Of a stretch of DNA of 64,000 bases, positions 39,791 through 53,190 are shown piece by piece (the first letter of the stretch is position 1; each line of letters starts with the position of its first letter). The notes beneath the pieces are model-generated. The model did no database searches. It had not been told where the DNA came from and worked only from the letters and a program-made list of their open reading frames with translations. The stretch is from contig NC_043012.1 in NCBI RefSeq assembly GCF_006345805.1, positions 51,832,001 to 51,896,000 of the forward strand, given 5' to 3'. The position numbers were made by a program, and so were the translations under genes. This stretch comes from Octopus sinensis. Taxonomy: Eukaryota.

Positions 39791-40149
39791 ATATATATAT
39801 ATATACATACACATACATGCATACATACATACAGTGAGAGAGAAAAGCAGACAGAATTGTAGTGGAGATGCATAGTTTCATAGAATCACGTGACAATCAC
39901 GGAAAACTCCCCAAGTGAACACGGCTTGCAGACCATATAGTAATGGAGTACAGTAGATTAAAATGGCGCACCTGAAATCCAGAAATTATTTCCTGAGCAA
40001 TATATGAAATACTAATTGCAAGGAGATATAGGACATGAAACCTTAAGTTAACGTGGAATGCTTAGATACATAGTGAAATGTGAAACACACACGTACACAC
40101 GCGGTGTCTACATATACACACACGTGCCCCGTTTATATAAACACATATA

Positions 40150-40152
40150 CAC

Positions 40153-40185
<33 letters not shown>

Positions 40186-40194
40186 ATATTTTAT

Positions 40195-40253
<59 letters not shown>

Positions 40254-40275
40254 AAATATATATATATTATATATA
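40150..40275. repeat. (TA)n microsatellite
   Basis: Directly visible. Confidence 0.95.
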
Positions 40276-41803
40276 TACATAACCACACTCACACGATACA
40301 CATGCATATCCGCATTATCCATCTATCTATCTATCTACATTTTGCCTATCAATCTGTCTGTGTGTCTACCTTTCTATTAAATCTATGTATCCTTTATATA
40401 TATATATATGTATATATAATTAAGATTCAGTTGAATTAGGTACTTAAATTGAGGTCCTTTGTAAGTTTGGTTTAACCAGAACACCACAACAAGAAAGGTT
40501 TCTTTCAAATTGATGTAATGCTTTTATTAATAATTAATTAGAACCACTTGAAACGGGCATAATGAGTTGATACCTGTACATCCTTGTTACTTCATATATG
40601 TAAGAGATAATGGTGTCATTGAGACCCAAAGTTGTCAGATAATGCTGTATAAGTCCTATAGACAGACCATAGTTAAGTTCCAGATATATATAACCCGTAG
40701 AGCGTTCGATTGGACACTTTGAAATCTCTGTTCCGACTCTGTGTAGCGATGTCAAATCTCATTGATATCAAAATTGCTTTTTATATATCAGGGGTTTACT
40801 AAAACTCGTAAATTCTATTTCTGGTATTTCAGTCCCAATATTTGTCACAGAGTATCAGTGCGTTAGACTGAACTAGCCCCTCTGTTTCACAAAACCATTT
40901 AAAGTTGATGACTCAGGGTTTCGTCAAGTATCTTCTAGCGGCGGAACCAAGACCTACAATGGGCTACAGAGAACGTATCCCGTCAGGTTTGGGTATCCCC
41001 ACATATTTAATTTGTGTGTGTGTGCGTGAGTGTCTGTGTATATGCATATATACATATATTTATGGCTGTGTGTCTTCATAAGAACGTGTGCGTGATTATG
41101 CGTGATGCATGTGTGTCGTGTGTGGTGTGTGTGTATTTAGGATTCTTTCCTTTATTTTTGCTTCAATACTGACGTTTTCCAAACGTCAGTATTAGTGTAT
41201 ATAGGGACACCAGGACTTAGCGGTTATTTTTTCTATCGACAACTGTCTCAATTAATTGTATTACGTTGAAGCAGACATACGTGTTCCCAAGAAAGGATGT
41301 TGTCCTCCAAAATTTCAATAGGATTTCATCTTTTCTGTCAATTATTTCAAATATTTATTCAGATCCACTCACGAAATTAATACATTTAATACACAAGAGT
41401 GGATGTAGTTGGAAAGAACTCTAGAGATCTAATTGAAAAATTGAATAGACTGAGAAACGTGTACGTGTGTCAGCCATTCCATATACGCACTTGGAAGTGA
41501 ATGACTGTGTGTCGGGCTGTACGATATGCATATGCGTGGGAATATTTGTTTTATTGTACTGCCTGTGTTGCAGCGGTTCTAAAGGAAAATGTGGTTGATA
41601 GTTAGCATTGTAAGGAATTTAAAATTTGAAAGCTATCAAGTGTGTGAGAAATTTAAGTGCTAGACATTGCCAGGCATTCAGAGTGTTGTACTTCGTGAGC
41701 AGAAAACGAATCTTTGCAGTTATACATATGTAGGTATACATGTGTGTATGAGTGCGCTTTTTTACATGTATGTGTACATACATACATATATATACATACA
41801 TAC

Positions 41804-41857
<54 letters not shown>

Positions 41858-41914
41858 TATATTATATATATATATATATATATACATACATATAGTATAT
41901 ATATAATATATATA

Positions 41915-42494
41915 TATCCGTAAATATATGAGAGTTAACGTTAAATAGGTCAACTCTAGTGCTAGAAATAGCTCCGTATTCTGGTATAGCCGCCGACGAT
42001 ACCTCCACATACAAATAGCACTACCCTCAACGTAAGGAAATTGAAATACAACTAAAAAATAGATTAATGTTCTACAATTTTTCTTTATCAATATAATATG
42101 CAAATTATACTCACACATATATCTATAAATCATCAGCAACATTTGTCATTGATACAATTTATCAGAACTACATGGGCGACGATTACCCATACGGTCTAAT
42201 TGATTGCATTCAGGGTTGTAGTTACAAGTTCCCCGCCAAAAGCATATGCTAAGACTTAGTGGAAGTGGATACCGCATGTAATATTTACTGCAGCGTATCA
42301 ATTTAATAAATTCAAAAATGAGGGTGAAAAATTAGATATTAATTTAATAATACCATTGACCTATTTAACGTTAACTCTCTTATATTTACGGATAAATATG
42401 TATCGTCTCCCTGGTTTGTTATGTGCAAGGTCGCTTGGTTTTAAACCAATGGTATTATTAAATCAATATCTAATTTTTCACCCTCATTTTTGAA

Positions 42495-42498
<4 letters not shown>
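41915..42498. mobile_element. Nested inverted repeat fragments between (TA)n tracts, possibly Penelope-like termini
   Basis: 41915-41953 is the reverse complement of 42356-42394 (1 mismatch), and 42447-42498 is the reverse complement of 42307-42358 (1 mismatch). Confidence 0.6.
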
Positions 42499-42535
<37 letters not shown>

Positions 42536-42554
42536 TATATAATATATATATACA

Positions 42555-42720
42555 CTTTTACTTGTTTCAGTCAGTTAACTGTTGGAATGCTGAAGCACCA
42601 CCTTTAGCCGAATAAATCGACCCCAGGATTTATTCTTTGTCAGCCTAGTACTTAGTCTATCGGTTTTTTTTGCCGAAACGCTAAGTGATGGGGACGTAAA
42701 CACACCAGCATCGGTTGACT
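42555..42720 (-). mobile_element. SINE family B 3' half
   Basis: TTTTACTTGTTTCAGTC..ATCGACCCCAGGA..GGGGACGTAAACACACCAGCATCGGTTG. Confidence 0.85.
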
Positions 42721-43236
42721 TAGCACGCAGGTACGGCTAAACATATGTACCTACACACACACACACACACACACGCACATATATATTCATATGTGTATAT
42801 ATAGGTATACATATGTGTATATGTGTGCGTGTGCGTGCGTTTGTACACTTGTGTATTTTTGCGTGCGTACGTGTGTGCGTGTATGTGTTTGATGGTGTGT
42901 GTATATGTGTGTGTGTGTGCATGTCTGTGATTTATGATATAGAAATTTAGAAAATCCACTTAATTACCAAACTAGCGGTCTATATGTTAATTTGGTTAAG
43001 AGAATGAATATTAGGAAAACATTCAAGGTAACGTTACATACAAACTTGTACTCTTATATGAGTACTGATTACGAAGTGGGTACTTTCAATAGAGATTATA
43101 TAAATAAACAAATATTGCATGTTGCTCAAGCCATGTAGAGGGAAACTGGGGTTAGGGAACTAAATAGGTCCTTCGTTATAATCTCCCCACTTCAGTGAAT
43201 CTCTGATAGCGTGACATCCTGAACTTTATATTGTTT

Positions 43237-43465
43237 AGGCGGCGAGTTGGCAGAAACGTTAGCATGCCGAGCGTCAATCTTAGCGGTATTTCGTCTGCCG
43301 TTTCGTTCTGAGTTCTAATTCCGCCGAGGTCGACTTTGTCTTCCATCCTTTCGGGGTAAATAAATTAAGTACCAATTACGCACTGAGGTCGATGTAATCA
43401 ACTTAATCCCTTTGTCTGTCCTTGTTTGTTCCCTCTATGTTTAGCCCCTTGTGGGCAAAAAGAAA
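43237..43465 (+). mobile_element. Full-length SINE family A
   Basis: AGGCGGCGAGTTGGCAGAAACGTTAGC head through GTTTAGCCCCTTGTGGGC tail. Confidence 0.92.
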
Positions 43466-43599
43466 AGTAAAAAATATTGTATATGTCTTTTTAGACCTTC
43501 CTCCATATCATATCTAATAGACTACATTCTGCTACAGAAACCTCTAACTAATTCAGCGTTACGATATCTCACCCATCATGTTGTTTGATGCATAAAATC

Positions 43600-44355
43600 C
43601 TGCTAATAATTGGTACAATTGTCACTGTTTAGAACTGTAATACCATATTCTTCATCGATATATGTACATGCGTGTGTCAAATAATTATCAATGACGTTTT
43701 GAACATGCGCAAACTTTGTGCAAAATTTGATCTCAGGATAGCCAATGACGAATTGAAGGAAAGACGTGTTGGTGACAGGAAGATGATGGAGATCGTTACT
43801 TCTGTTCAAAGAGTACTTAAGTCTCCAATCACCTGTGATGAAAGCGTGATCTGTTGTTATGATCCAAAGATAAGATGCAAGAGTATCGTCTACTTCCACA
43901 GGATTCCGTTTGGTCAGACGATCAGAAATGTGCACTTTGCAAAGGTTGTGAGAGGATTCAGGAAGTCAGCTCGCCTACTCGAGTCGGTGGCACTAGGACG
44001 ATGCACCAGTCCCCAATTCCAGTGTGGTTACGAACTACGCGACATTAAATCTGTTCGTCACCCTCTCTGCAGCTCGCACCTTGCTCCCAGTGTCTTTTGT
44101 CCTCCAAACTGTAGGAAAACCTTAAGGCCTTTCATTTTGTAGATCTTAAGATGATGTAGGAAGCTGTGACAAGGTGTCCAGGATACCAACAATTTGGAGA
44201 CATCCATTAAGGTCTTCACGTAATAGTTTGAGTGCCCTAACAGATGCATTAAATTCAGAGGATCCTACTTGGAAGTAGAATAGGGTTTATACTTCTATCA
44301 AATTCTTAACGGTCTCTCCTGAAAAAGCCTCAAAACTTCAGAAATGCAACTCGTA
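43600..44355 (+). pseudogene. Decayed mariner (DD34D-type) transposase with 3' TIR remnant
   Basis: MRKLCAK..KERRV..ITCDES..CYDP (43706-43866), xDDAP (~43995), and IKSVRHPLCSSHLAPSVF (decayed HPPYSPDLAP.DF, third Asp lost). The element ends AAAACTTCAGAAATGCAACTCGTA, a mariner-like ..CTCGTA terminus. Internal deletion and frameshifts are present. Confidence 0.85.
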
Positions 44356-45010
44356 CATACCTATCTTCTGTAGTTTTCCGATTACTAAAATTCAGACACA
44401 CTCTAAAAAAAAACTCCTTTTTTTTATCAGTAGGCTCAAGTTAAATTGCACTGCAATTGAACGTGTTCTGCATGATTGTAAAACATCTTTCTTTTAATAA
44501 ATATCCACATTTTTGAAGAAAATACAAGATAAAAATGGAGTAACTGTGAACGTCTGAATGTAATAATTTTCCTAGATATTACAACCGTTCCTTTAATCTT
44601 CCTAGATATTACAACCATTATGTTATCCTTGTAATTGGACCCCACTGTCATAGTAAAGCACTATGTGCTTTACAAACACAGTATACTTAACATGGTGTTC
44701 GAAAACTACAGTGATGACCAACTTCTCTCAGCCTTTGATAATGGATATTTACTGTAAGCCTAACTTGCAAAGTATCGTAGAAACTATGTTTGAAGGAAGC
44801 TGTTACAATGTTACACTAATATTCGAAGGATTTCTAGACACTTTCATGGCCCATCGACCTAGTGCCGAATTGCTTAACACTGTGTATAAAATGTATTGCT
44901 ATAATCAGCAGGACTATTGCAAAAGAGATCAGTATTTTATTAGCGTGAAATATCGAGAAGAGAAGAGCTTGAAGAGAGAGAGAGAGCAAAGTACATGGTG
45001 ATAAGGAGAC

Positions 45011-45053
<43 letters not shown>

Positions 45054-45450
45054 AGTTGAAAAAGGTAAAACACATTAGAGGAAAAGAAATCATAAGAATT
45101 AGATAGAGCTGTAAAAAAGAGATAAAAGTTTAGAATGAGAAATCAAAACAGAGTCAGAGACCGTGTATTAGAATGAGAGAGAATGGAACAGAGAGAACAG
45201 AGGCGGCTCTCGTTGAATAACTTCCATGTGCTTTATTTTGTTTGACTACTTTCAGTGATTGGAGTGAAGGCATGCTTATTGCTGTTCGATTATATTGAAC
45301 CACTGTTTATATCGTTCATGTATTATTTTTCAGGGAAGATAAGAATTTAAATATAGGTACTACCGTGGTGGGAAATCAGGCAGACGGACGTAAATACTGT
45401 AAAGTTTTTACTGTCTGGCTGAACCATCATTACTTATACAATGGCACACA

Positions 45451-45491
<41 letters not shown>

Positions 45492-45989
45492 GCACGCACG
45501 CACGCACGCACACAGCACGAAACATACATTCACACAAAAGCACAGATATTGTTTGTTTAGGTCAGTTCAGTGAACTCTTACTCTGAGTTGCATAGCGTAC
45601 AGACACTTTTAAAGAAAAGTGAAATCGGGACCTAGTTTAGCTAATTAGCCGTCGTACACAACGATAACTCCACATTACAAGCCAATGGGCTTGAAGTATT
45701 TTCGGGCAAACGTGTATGTGTTTGTGTGAGCCTATGTGTGGGATGCTGTTTGTGTGTAAGTGTGCATTTGCGGGCGCTTGTCAGCGTGTGCGTTGACATA
45801 AAACGTGCAACCGCTTAAATTTAATTTACAATTCTTCACAATCACAAAGGTACGGCAGAAAACGTTCGGTCCAAATTGCTCTGCAGAGAGATGGAGATTA
45901 CACTGCGTCTGACAAAAGCTTCGTTGTGTTTACAACCGTTCAGATCCTACTGAGGTCAGTTTTATAATGTGCAAATATATACACACATA

Positions 45990-46357
<368 letters not shown>

Positions 46358-46536
46358 CGGTGGGTTTCGATACAAAATGTTTTCTTCCCAACAATATGGT
46401 TCCAGTTTCAGTCTCACTGCCAGACACTTTGGGCAATGTCTTGTACTAAAACTGTGGGCCCCTGGAAACTCTTGTGAGTACATTTGGTAGACAGAAACTG
46501 AAAGAAGACCGTCGTATATCTGTATCAAATTTTGTA

Positions 46537-46603
<67 letters not shown>

Positions 46604-46850
46604 GTGCGTATGTGCCTGTGTTTGTGTTTGTGTGTGTCTGTTTGTTATTCTATTGAACCACGGCTTGACAACCGGTTTTGCTATATCAACGGCGTATTAA
46701 CATAGCGTTTCATCATAAAACCGATAGGATATGTACCGGACTTAAAAGTAATAGGTACTGTGGTTGATTTGGTCGATTTAAACCTTTCACAGTGCTGTTC
46801 CAGTATCCCTGCTGTCCAATGACTGAACCAAACGAAAGATAAAATAAAAT
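46358..46850 (+). mobile_element. Degenerate SINE family B
   Basis: ATATGGTTCCAGTTTCAGTCTCACTG..TTTGGGCAATGTCTT..TTTGGTAGACAGAAACTGAAAGAAGACCGTCGTA, then a TG tract and decayed tail. Confidence 0.75.
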
Positions 46851-47314
46851 TTATGCGTGCGTGCGTGCGTTCATACGCACGCGTGTATGTGTGTGTGTGT
46901 TAAGAAGTTAAACTATATAGCGTTTTAAAACATTTGGGGAGTTATATTTCGATGCCTAGTGTCAAAATGTTGCCTTTGTACCCAAGTAGTATCCGTAAGT
47001 CTTATATGTAATAAATTAACGTTATTAGTTGAATGATTCATACACTTCAGTAAATCTTACTTTGCTTTTTATTTCGTGTCTATTTTATTCTTTGATCCTC
47101 AATCATAGTAAAGCATCTCCGAAACAAATACGCCCAATCTTAATATTGTCTGTAACTTCTTCATTTCCCTCATTTGCTATGAAATATAATCAAATATTTA
47201 ATCAGACTAATTCATCTACTTATTATTACTGCTTTTATCTTAGAGACGAATTCACACACATTTATAGTAGCATATACACAATAACACACACACTCACACA
47301 GACATACTTATATA

Positions 47315-47404
47315 GGTATGTATGTACGTTCGTACGTATGTATGTATGTATGTATGTATCTATGTATGTATGTACGTACATATGTATGTATATATGTATG
47401 TATG

Positions 47405-47473
<69 letters not shown>

Positions 47474-47500
47474 GTGTATGTATATATGTATGTATGTATA
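47315..47500. repeat. (TATG)n/(TA)n microsatellite
   Basis: Directly visible. Confidence 0.95.
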
Positions 47501-48067
47501 ATACACAGCCGTATTTTAAATACTACACTATTAAACATGTTTAATCACTTGAAGCAGAGAACACATACACAAGTAGACAGATATACAAACACAACTACGT
47601 TTCATTTTATAAAATATCATTTGCGGTTCTTTTGAAATTTCCCATTCTTTCCCAATTGATTATTTCTTGACGAGTTAGGCAATTTCGTTGCTGTAATTTA
47701 CCCCACCTTCCTATCCTCTATCCCATCTTATCTTTAACAAAGATAATCTTTCCTACTCTTCATCTATACAATAATTCTCATATTTTATTATCTTTTAAAT
47801 CGGATGCCATCCTAACTATCCTACCATATCTATTGATTCATAAGATGTCGTTTCTCTCCACAATCTCCCGCTCTGATTTTCTCTTCTTATCTTTTCCATT
47901 CCACCATTGTTTCATTTTTCTCTCTTTTTCCATCTTCTCTCTCTCTTCCAATTTTATATTCTCTCTACTCTCAATACATCATTGTCTCTCACTTGTTAAC
48001 TATTCCTCTCGACCTTTAACTATTAATCTCTCTGTCCCACCATCTCTCTCTCTCTCTCTCACTCTTG

Positions 48068-48109
<42 letters not shown>

Positions 48110-50939
48110 TTCTTTCACTCTCTCAATTTATGAATTTGTGTTTATTTTTTCTGTGCTTTCCTCTACTATTTCACACACTTGTTAACGTAGACACTTCTAC
48201 ACTAACAGATATTAAGGTTAAATATTTCCAGTTTCTATTATTTGTTGACTACATTCTAAATGGCACCGTCGCTTCGATGTGAAGTTGGGGTGAAGATTAT
48301 TGAACACCCGAGGTTCTGCTTTGATGTCAACTCTTTGCCGATTCAACTTTGAATTTAAGACAACATTTCTCTTTCACTTTGTCGCATTTTCTGATAGATG
48401 CTCTCAGTTCAAAAAGCGAGTTATCATTTCATGCTTCAATGTAAAACTATTCGTTTGTAAAGTTACAGATTGATTACGAATAAAACAACCAATGCAAAAA
48501 CAAAACCAGAGAAATATGACCACCGTTTGTGTAGTCAGATAATGTCTGGCCTCTTACAGGCTTGGCCAAGTAGCAAAGATAAAAGAAAAATACAAACCCG
48601 TTGAAAGAATTTCTAAATTTTAATAAAGATATAACCATGTTAATACCAGGCCAACTCCCAAACATCGCTATAATTGAAACTGTTGATGTCGTTTTTGGTG
48701 TTCTTGTTGTTTTTGTAACTACTGTTATTCTTGTAATTGTTGCTGTTTTTGAGGTCATATTTTTGTTGATTTTGTTCCCCACCCCAAATTTCTTCGTTCA
48801 ATTATTGCTGCTATTCAGGATATTTGATTAATGACTGGATATTGAAACAAATTTTGATTCTAAAGAATTATTAAGAATACAAACTAAATCCAAAGGAAAA
48901 TTATTAATACCGATTTCAATTACATAAACGTACAGTGCAATCCGATCTGCAATTTAGTCGTAATAAATGCAATGGCTCACTGATCCGAGCAATATAGACA
49001 CTCAATGTCACAATTCGTTTCACTTGACATACACATTTGACCCTAGACTAGAGATGCACAGAGAGCGATAGATACCCGACCCGATAGAGTAAACCTGAAG
49101 TAAGTTCGAATTTACATGTGCTGCTGTGAAGTTTACCCAAGCTGTATAACATCATTGACAGATGCGATGTACTACAAAATGTGTAGACGTGAAAATTAAG
49201 TTGTAGGCATGACGTTCTGAGTTCATTCTCTGTCCGGAAAATAATATCGGGCTAATACCTGAATGCTAGCGATTAGAGAAGCTTTCTCACGACTGATACC
49301 ATTCATTAATCAATCGATACTATGGAGGAGTGTTATGTTAAATTGGGGCGGAATTTGGTTGATTCGAATATTTCAAGAAAAGACAAAATTGCCGCGAAAG
49401 CAAAACGTTGAATAAAAAAAAATGTTACCTTATTTACTTTTATAGGTGTATCTATTAGATTTCAAATATCACCGCTGTAACTTTTGCAATTCATTTTACC
49501 TGACACTACAAATTAACGACCGATCATGCTCGAGGCCTAAATCGACTTTGTGGCGGCGGAAAAGGTTTAGCAAGATACTAATAAAAAATTAGTTACGTGC
49601 TTTCTTCATATTCCACTTTAAGCTTCGGCCTTTCTGAATCAAGTAACTCTATATTCAATCACTTATTGTTCTACAAAAACAATGACATTGTTCAGCTCGT
49701 TTCTTACATATGGATAAACTGAGAATTTGCATTCATAAATTTTCCATTGGAACTGATCTTAATTGAAAATCGAGAGCTTTTGCAAAATAACAAAATCGAG
49801 AACAAGTAAGTAGGCCTCAACGTGCACTATTGATGACTATTACTCAAGATTTGACCTTACGGTTTAAAGCTTAACTGCATATGAGTTCGTAGTTTTTCAA
49901 GGTTATTATTAGCTCCAGAAGTGAAACTGAACGCGCTAAGCTTGTCAGTGTCACAACTAACAATGCGAATAACCATTGCGCTAAGGTGCAACACTTGCAT
50001 TTATGTCAGATCAAGAATTTATCACGGCAATGTGGTGTATTCAAGTAAATCGGTCCCATATAATTCCTAGTATTTATATGACCAATTTCAGAAAGAAAAC
50101 ATAATTGATCGGCATAGGCGAAATATTGTAAATGGTAGAAAAAATAGCAAGATTTTTAAATAACAGAGAAATTGAAAGGTTACGCAGAACAAGTTACCGT
50201 TGTATTATGTTATTGAAAAAAATATTTTCTTTGATAAAAGAAAATAATTTGAGAAAAGTATCAAAAGAAAAATAGTGAGAAAAATTATCAAAAGAAATAA
50301 CATTCATGTTATTCTTAAATACATATCTAAAAAGAAGTTGTTAAAGCAAGTTGCAGAAAAAAAAACAAAAAAAACAAAACAAATATTCTTTTATTACTAA
50401 ACATAACTAAAGATGAAATAAATTCTAAAATACAATTTTTGGAACGTTTTAACATAAAATGATGCATGCCCAAGGGGAGGAGAGAAAACTGGGCAGGACG
50501 CCACGAAAACAGATACAGTTTTACGTGAAATGCTTTTCCAATATGATATTACTCAAGGGTGCCGCAAAAGAGACATTAATGAAAATAATTGAATTATGCC
50601 ATGTCTAGAAATGTCAATGTGCAAAATAGTTCCAGCATCCTGGCTCTCTTCAAAGCATATACACTTGCTGTGTATTGTAGGCATTCTTTTTTATCGTGTT
50701 ATTCAATAGGTTATACTTTTGCAAATTTAGCTTACAGTAACTTTTTAAATAATGAAGCTCAAAGTAATTAGTCTGTACCCACGAGAATTTATATATACAT
50801 ACACATATGAATGTGTGCGCGTGCGTTTTTAGAGAGAGAGAGAGTGAGAGAAAGGAAATAGAGAGAGAAAGTGAGAAATCTAGATAGATACATAGTTGAT
50901 GGATGGATATAAGGTGTACATGCGTGTGCATACACAATA

Positions 50940-51071
50940 GAATATATACATATATATATATATAAACATAAGCTTATACACACACATATACACACATATC
51001 TATGTAACTGTGTATCTGTCTGTCTTTCTCTCTCTTTCTATATATAACGCACACACACACACACACACACC

Positions 51072-51123
<52 letters not shown>

Positions 51124-51270
51124 TACACACATATATATACACATACATACATACATATATGTAGAGAGAGAGAGAGAAAGAGATAGATAGATAGACAGAC
51201 AAACAAATAGATAGATATATACCTACCTACTTACCTATCTACATACATATATACATACATACATAGGTAT
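50940..51270. repeat. Compound (CA)n/(TA)n/(GA)n/(GATA)n microsatellite field
   Basis: Directly visible. Confidence 0.9.
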
Positions 51271-51409
51271 ATGAATATATGTAAATGCATGGGTGTAAGT
51301 TTAAAAGTACGTAAAATACGCGGGCACTCACATGTGCACATACAAGTATTTACCTGATTCTTCAATTCCCTTCAATCACACACATATGTATATATCTATT
51401 ATATTATAT

Positions 51410-51530
51410 TTCCGTCTACCAAATCCATTCAGAGCTTGTGTTAGCAGAGGCTATAGTAGAAGACATTTGGGGCTGATCCTATAACCATGCGGTTACGAAG
51501 CAAGCGTCTTACTGCCGGGCCACGCCTGCA
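51410..51530 (-). mobile_element. Degenerate SINE family B 5' half
   Basis: TTCCGTCTACCAAATCCATTCA..GAGGCTATAGTAGAAGACA..AACCATG..CCACGCCTGCAC. Confidence 0.7.
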
Positions 51531-52059
51531 CATATGCATACAGCATTTAAACACACACGTCCTAGACAGTCATACAATTCAAAAAACAACAAATTATCAC
51601 TTTATAAATTTTCATTTTCTTAAAAAATATATTTTTATAAAAATATTAGTTGGTTTCTAGTTAAAAAACCCAGGTTTTCTGCATTGAAAAAGTCTGGTTA
51701 AGAATCTATCCGGTAAACGTGACCCAACCCAGACGCCTTGCAACTATGTTATAACACGGACCAATATGTTGCAGAGGGTGTTTAAAGATAGAAAGCTTCA
51801 TAAATCCGACGACTTTTCTTGACTAGCCCTAGTGTTTAAATAATTTGTTCAGTCATACGTGAATAATTATCATTCTAGTGCTTTCTGGATTCTTCGATGT
51901 TTTCTTTATACAGTTCATAACAAGTATAAAATTAACTATAGATGATTTCACTGTGACGTAATAATGTTACGAAAATGACTTTAGGAACCTGAATCAAATC
52001 GAGAAACTGTCTTCCTCTTGCGGTTTCCTAACCTTAACAATGTCCCTAACAATCACATT

Positions 52060-52604
52060 TTGTAATTTTGATTGCCCAATCCTACTCCGCTACGGCTGGA
52101 TTACAATGAATCGACCGCTTGTCTACCCTTCTGTACAAAATGGGCTCAGCAGTATCTAAACTAGAGAGAAGGGATGGAACCTATGGAAAATAAAATAATA
52201 GAAAAATTGGCTCCAATCAACCAGACATTGTGATCAAGAAACATGTCTACTAATAGATATATCTGTCCCACAAGCTCAAAATCTCTCAAGAAAGGAATAC
52301 GAAAATATTTCTTACAATAAAGCTATGCAAATGGAAATCACAAAAATGTGGAAGCTTAGTACAACCAGTAATAATTGGTGCGTTGAGAATGATAAAGAAG
52401 GGAACTCAGAAGTATATTAAGCAACTCCCTGGTAATTCCTACAAAAGATAACATTGGTGGGTGGGTACAGCCCACATCCCACAGAAGGCACTCTCCATTT
52501 AAAATTTAGCACATATAGCAAAACAAATGTGCCCTCGCTACACTTGGCCTCCGGATGATACCCGGCACTAAGGCAGCTGAAATAAATTCATAATGAAAGG
52601 GAAC

Positions 52605-52646
<42 letters not shown>
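52060..52646 (+). mobile_element. 3' end of an R4/Dong-type non-LTR retrotransposon (restriction-like endonuclease domain) with (TAA)13 tail
   Basis: Frameshifted translation NQPDIVIK / TCLLIDISVPQAQNLSRKEYE..MEITKMWKL / PVIIGALRMIKKGTQKYIKQLPG..VGTAHIPQKALSI* (stop at 52500-52502) matches the PD..D..K RLE C-terminus. Upstream CPIL marks the zinc-knuckle region. The tail is at 52608-52646. Confidence 0.85.
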
Positions 52647-52649
<3 letters not shown>

Positions 52650-52778
52650 TCAGAAGGCCTGAAATTTCGAGGGAAGGGACTTGTCGATTACATTGAACCT
52701 ATACTCTATAAGTACCTATTTTATCGACCCTGGAAAGATCAAAGGCAAAGTCGAACTCGGTGGAATTTGAACTCAGAA
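52650..52778 (-). mobile_element. SINE family A fragment
   Basis: GTCGATTACATTGA..TTTTATCGACCC..AAAGGCAAAGTCGAACTCGGTGGAATTTGAACTCAGAAC. Confidence 0.8.
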
Positions 52779-52824
52779 CTCTGATTTCAGCACAAGCTGA
52801 AATACTGTTGAACACGTTGGTATT

Positions 52825-53190
52825 TTTAATGCCCACATGGTTCCAGATTCAGTCCCACTGCGTGGGACCTTGGGCAAGTCTCTTTTACTATAGCCTGGGC
52901 CGACTAAATCTTTGTGAGTGGTTTTGTTAGACGGAAACTGAAAGCAGCCCGTCGTATATATATGTGTGTGCGTGTGTGTGTTTTTGTGTTTGTGTGTGTG
53001 TGCGTCCCAACATCGCTTGACATCGATGCTGGTGTGTTTACATACCCGTAAAGCGGTTCGGCTTAAAAGATCGATAGAATAAGTACTAGGCTTATAAAGA
53101 ATAAGTCCTGGAGTCGATTTGCTCGACTAAAGGCAGTGCTTCAGCATGGTCGCAGTCAAAATGACTAAAACGAATGAAAGAATAAAAGAA
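52825..53190 (+). mobile_element. SINE family B, slightly 5'-truncated
   Basis: Colinear with 7329-7745 from CCACATGGTTCC onward. Confidence 0.88.

Noticed and set aside
44574-44620. 16-bp direct repeat CCTAGATATTACAACC with a 30-bp period, superficially CRISPR-like
   Set aside because: There are only two units, in a eukaryotic context with no cas genes; it is a simple slippage duplication.
45796-45966. Plus-strand frame with RY-GRKR, resembling a neuropeptide amidation and cleavage site
   Set aside because: There is no signal peptide or start codon, it occurs once, and the frame length is at chance level.
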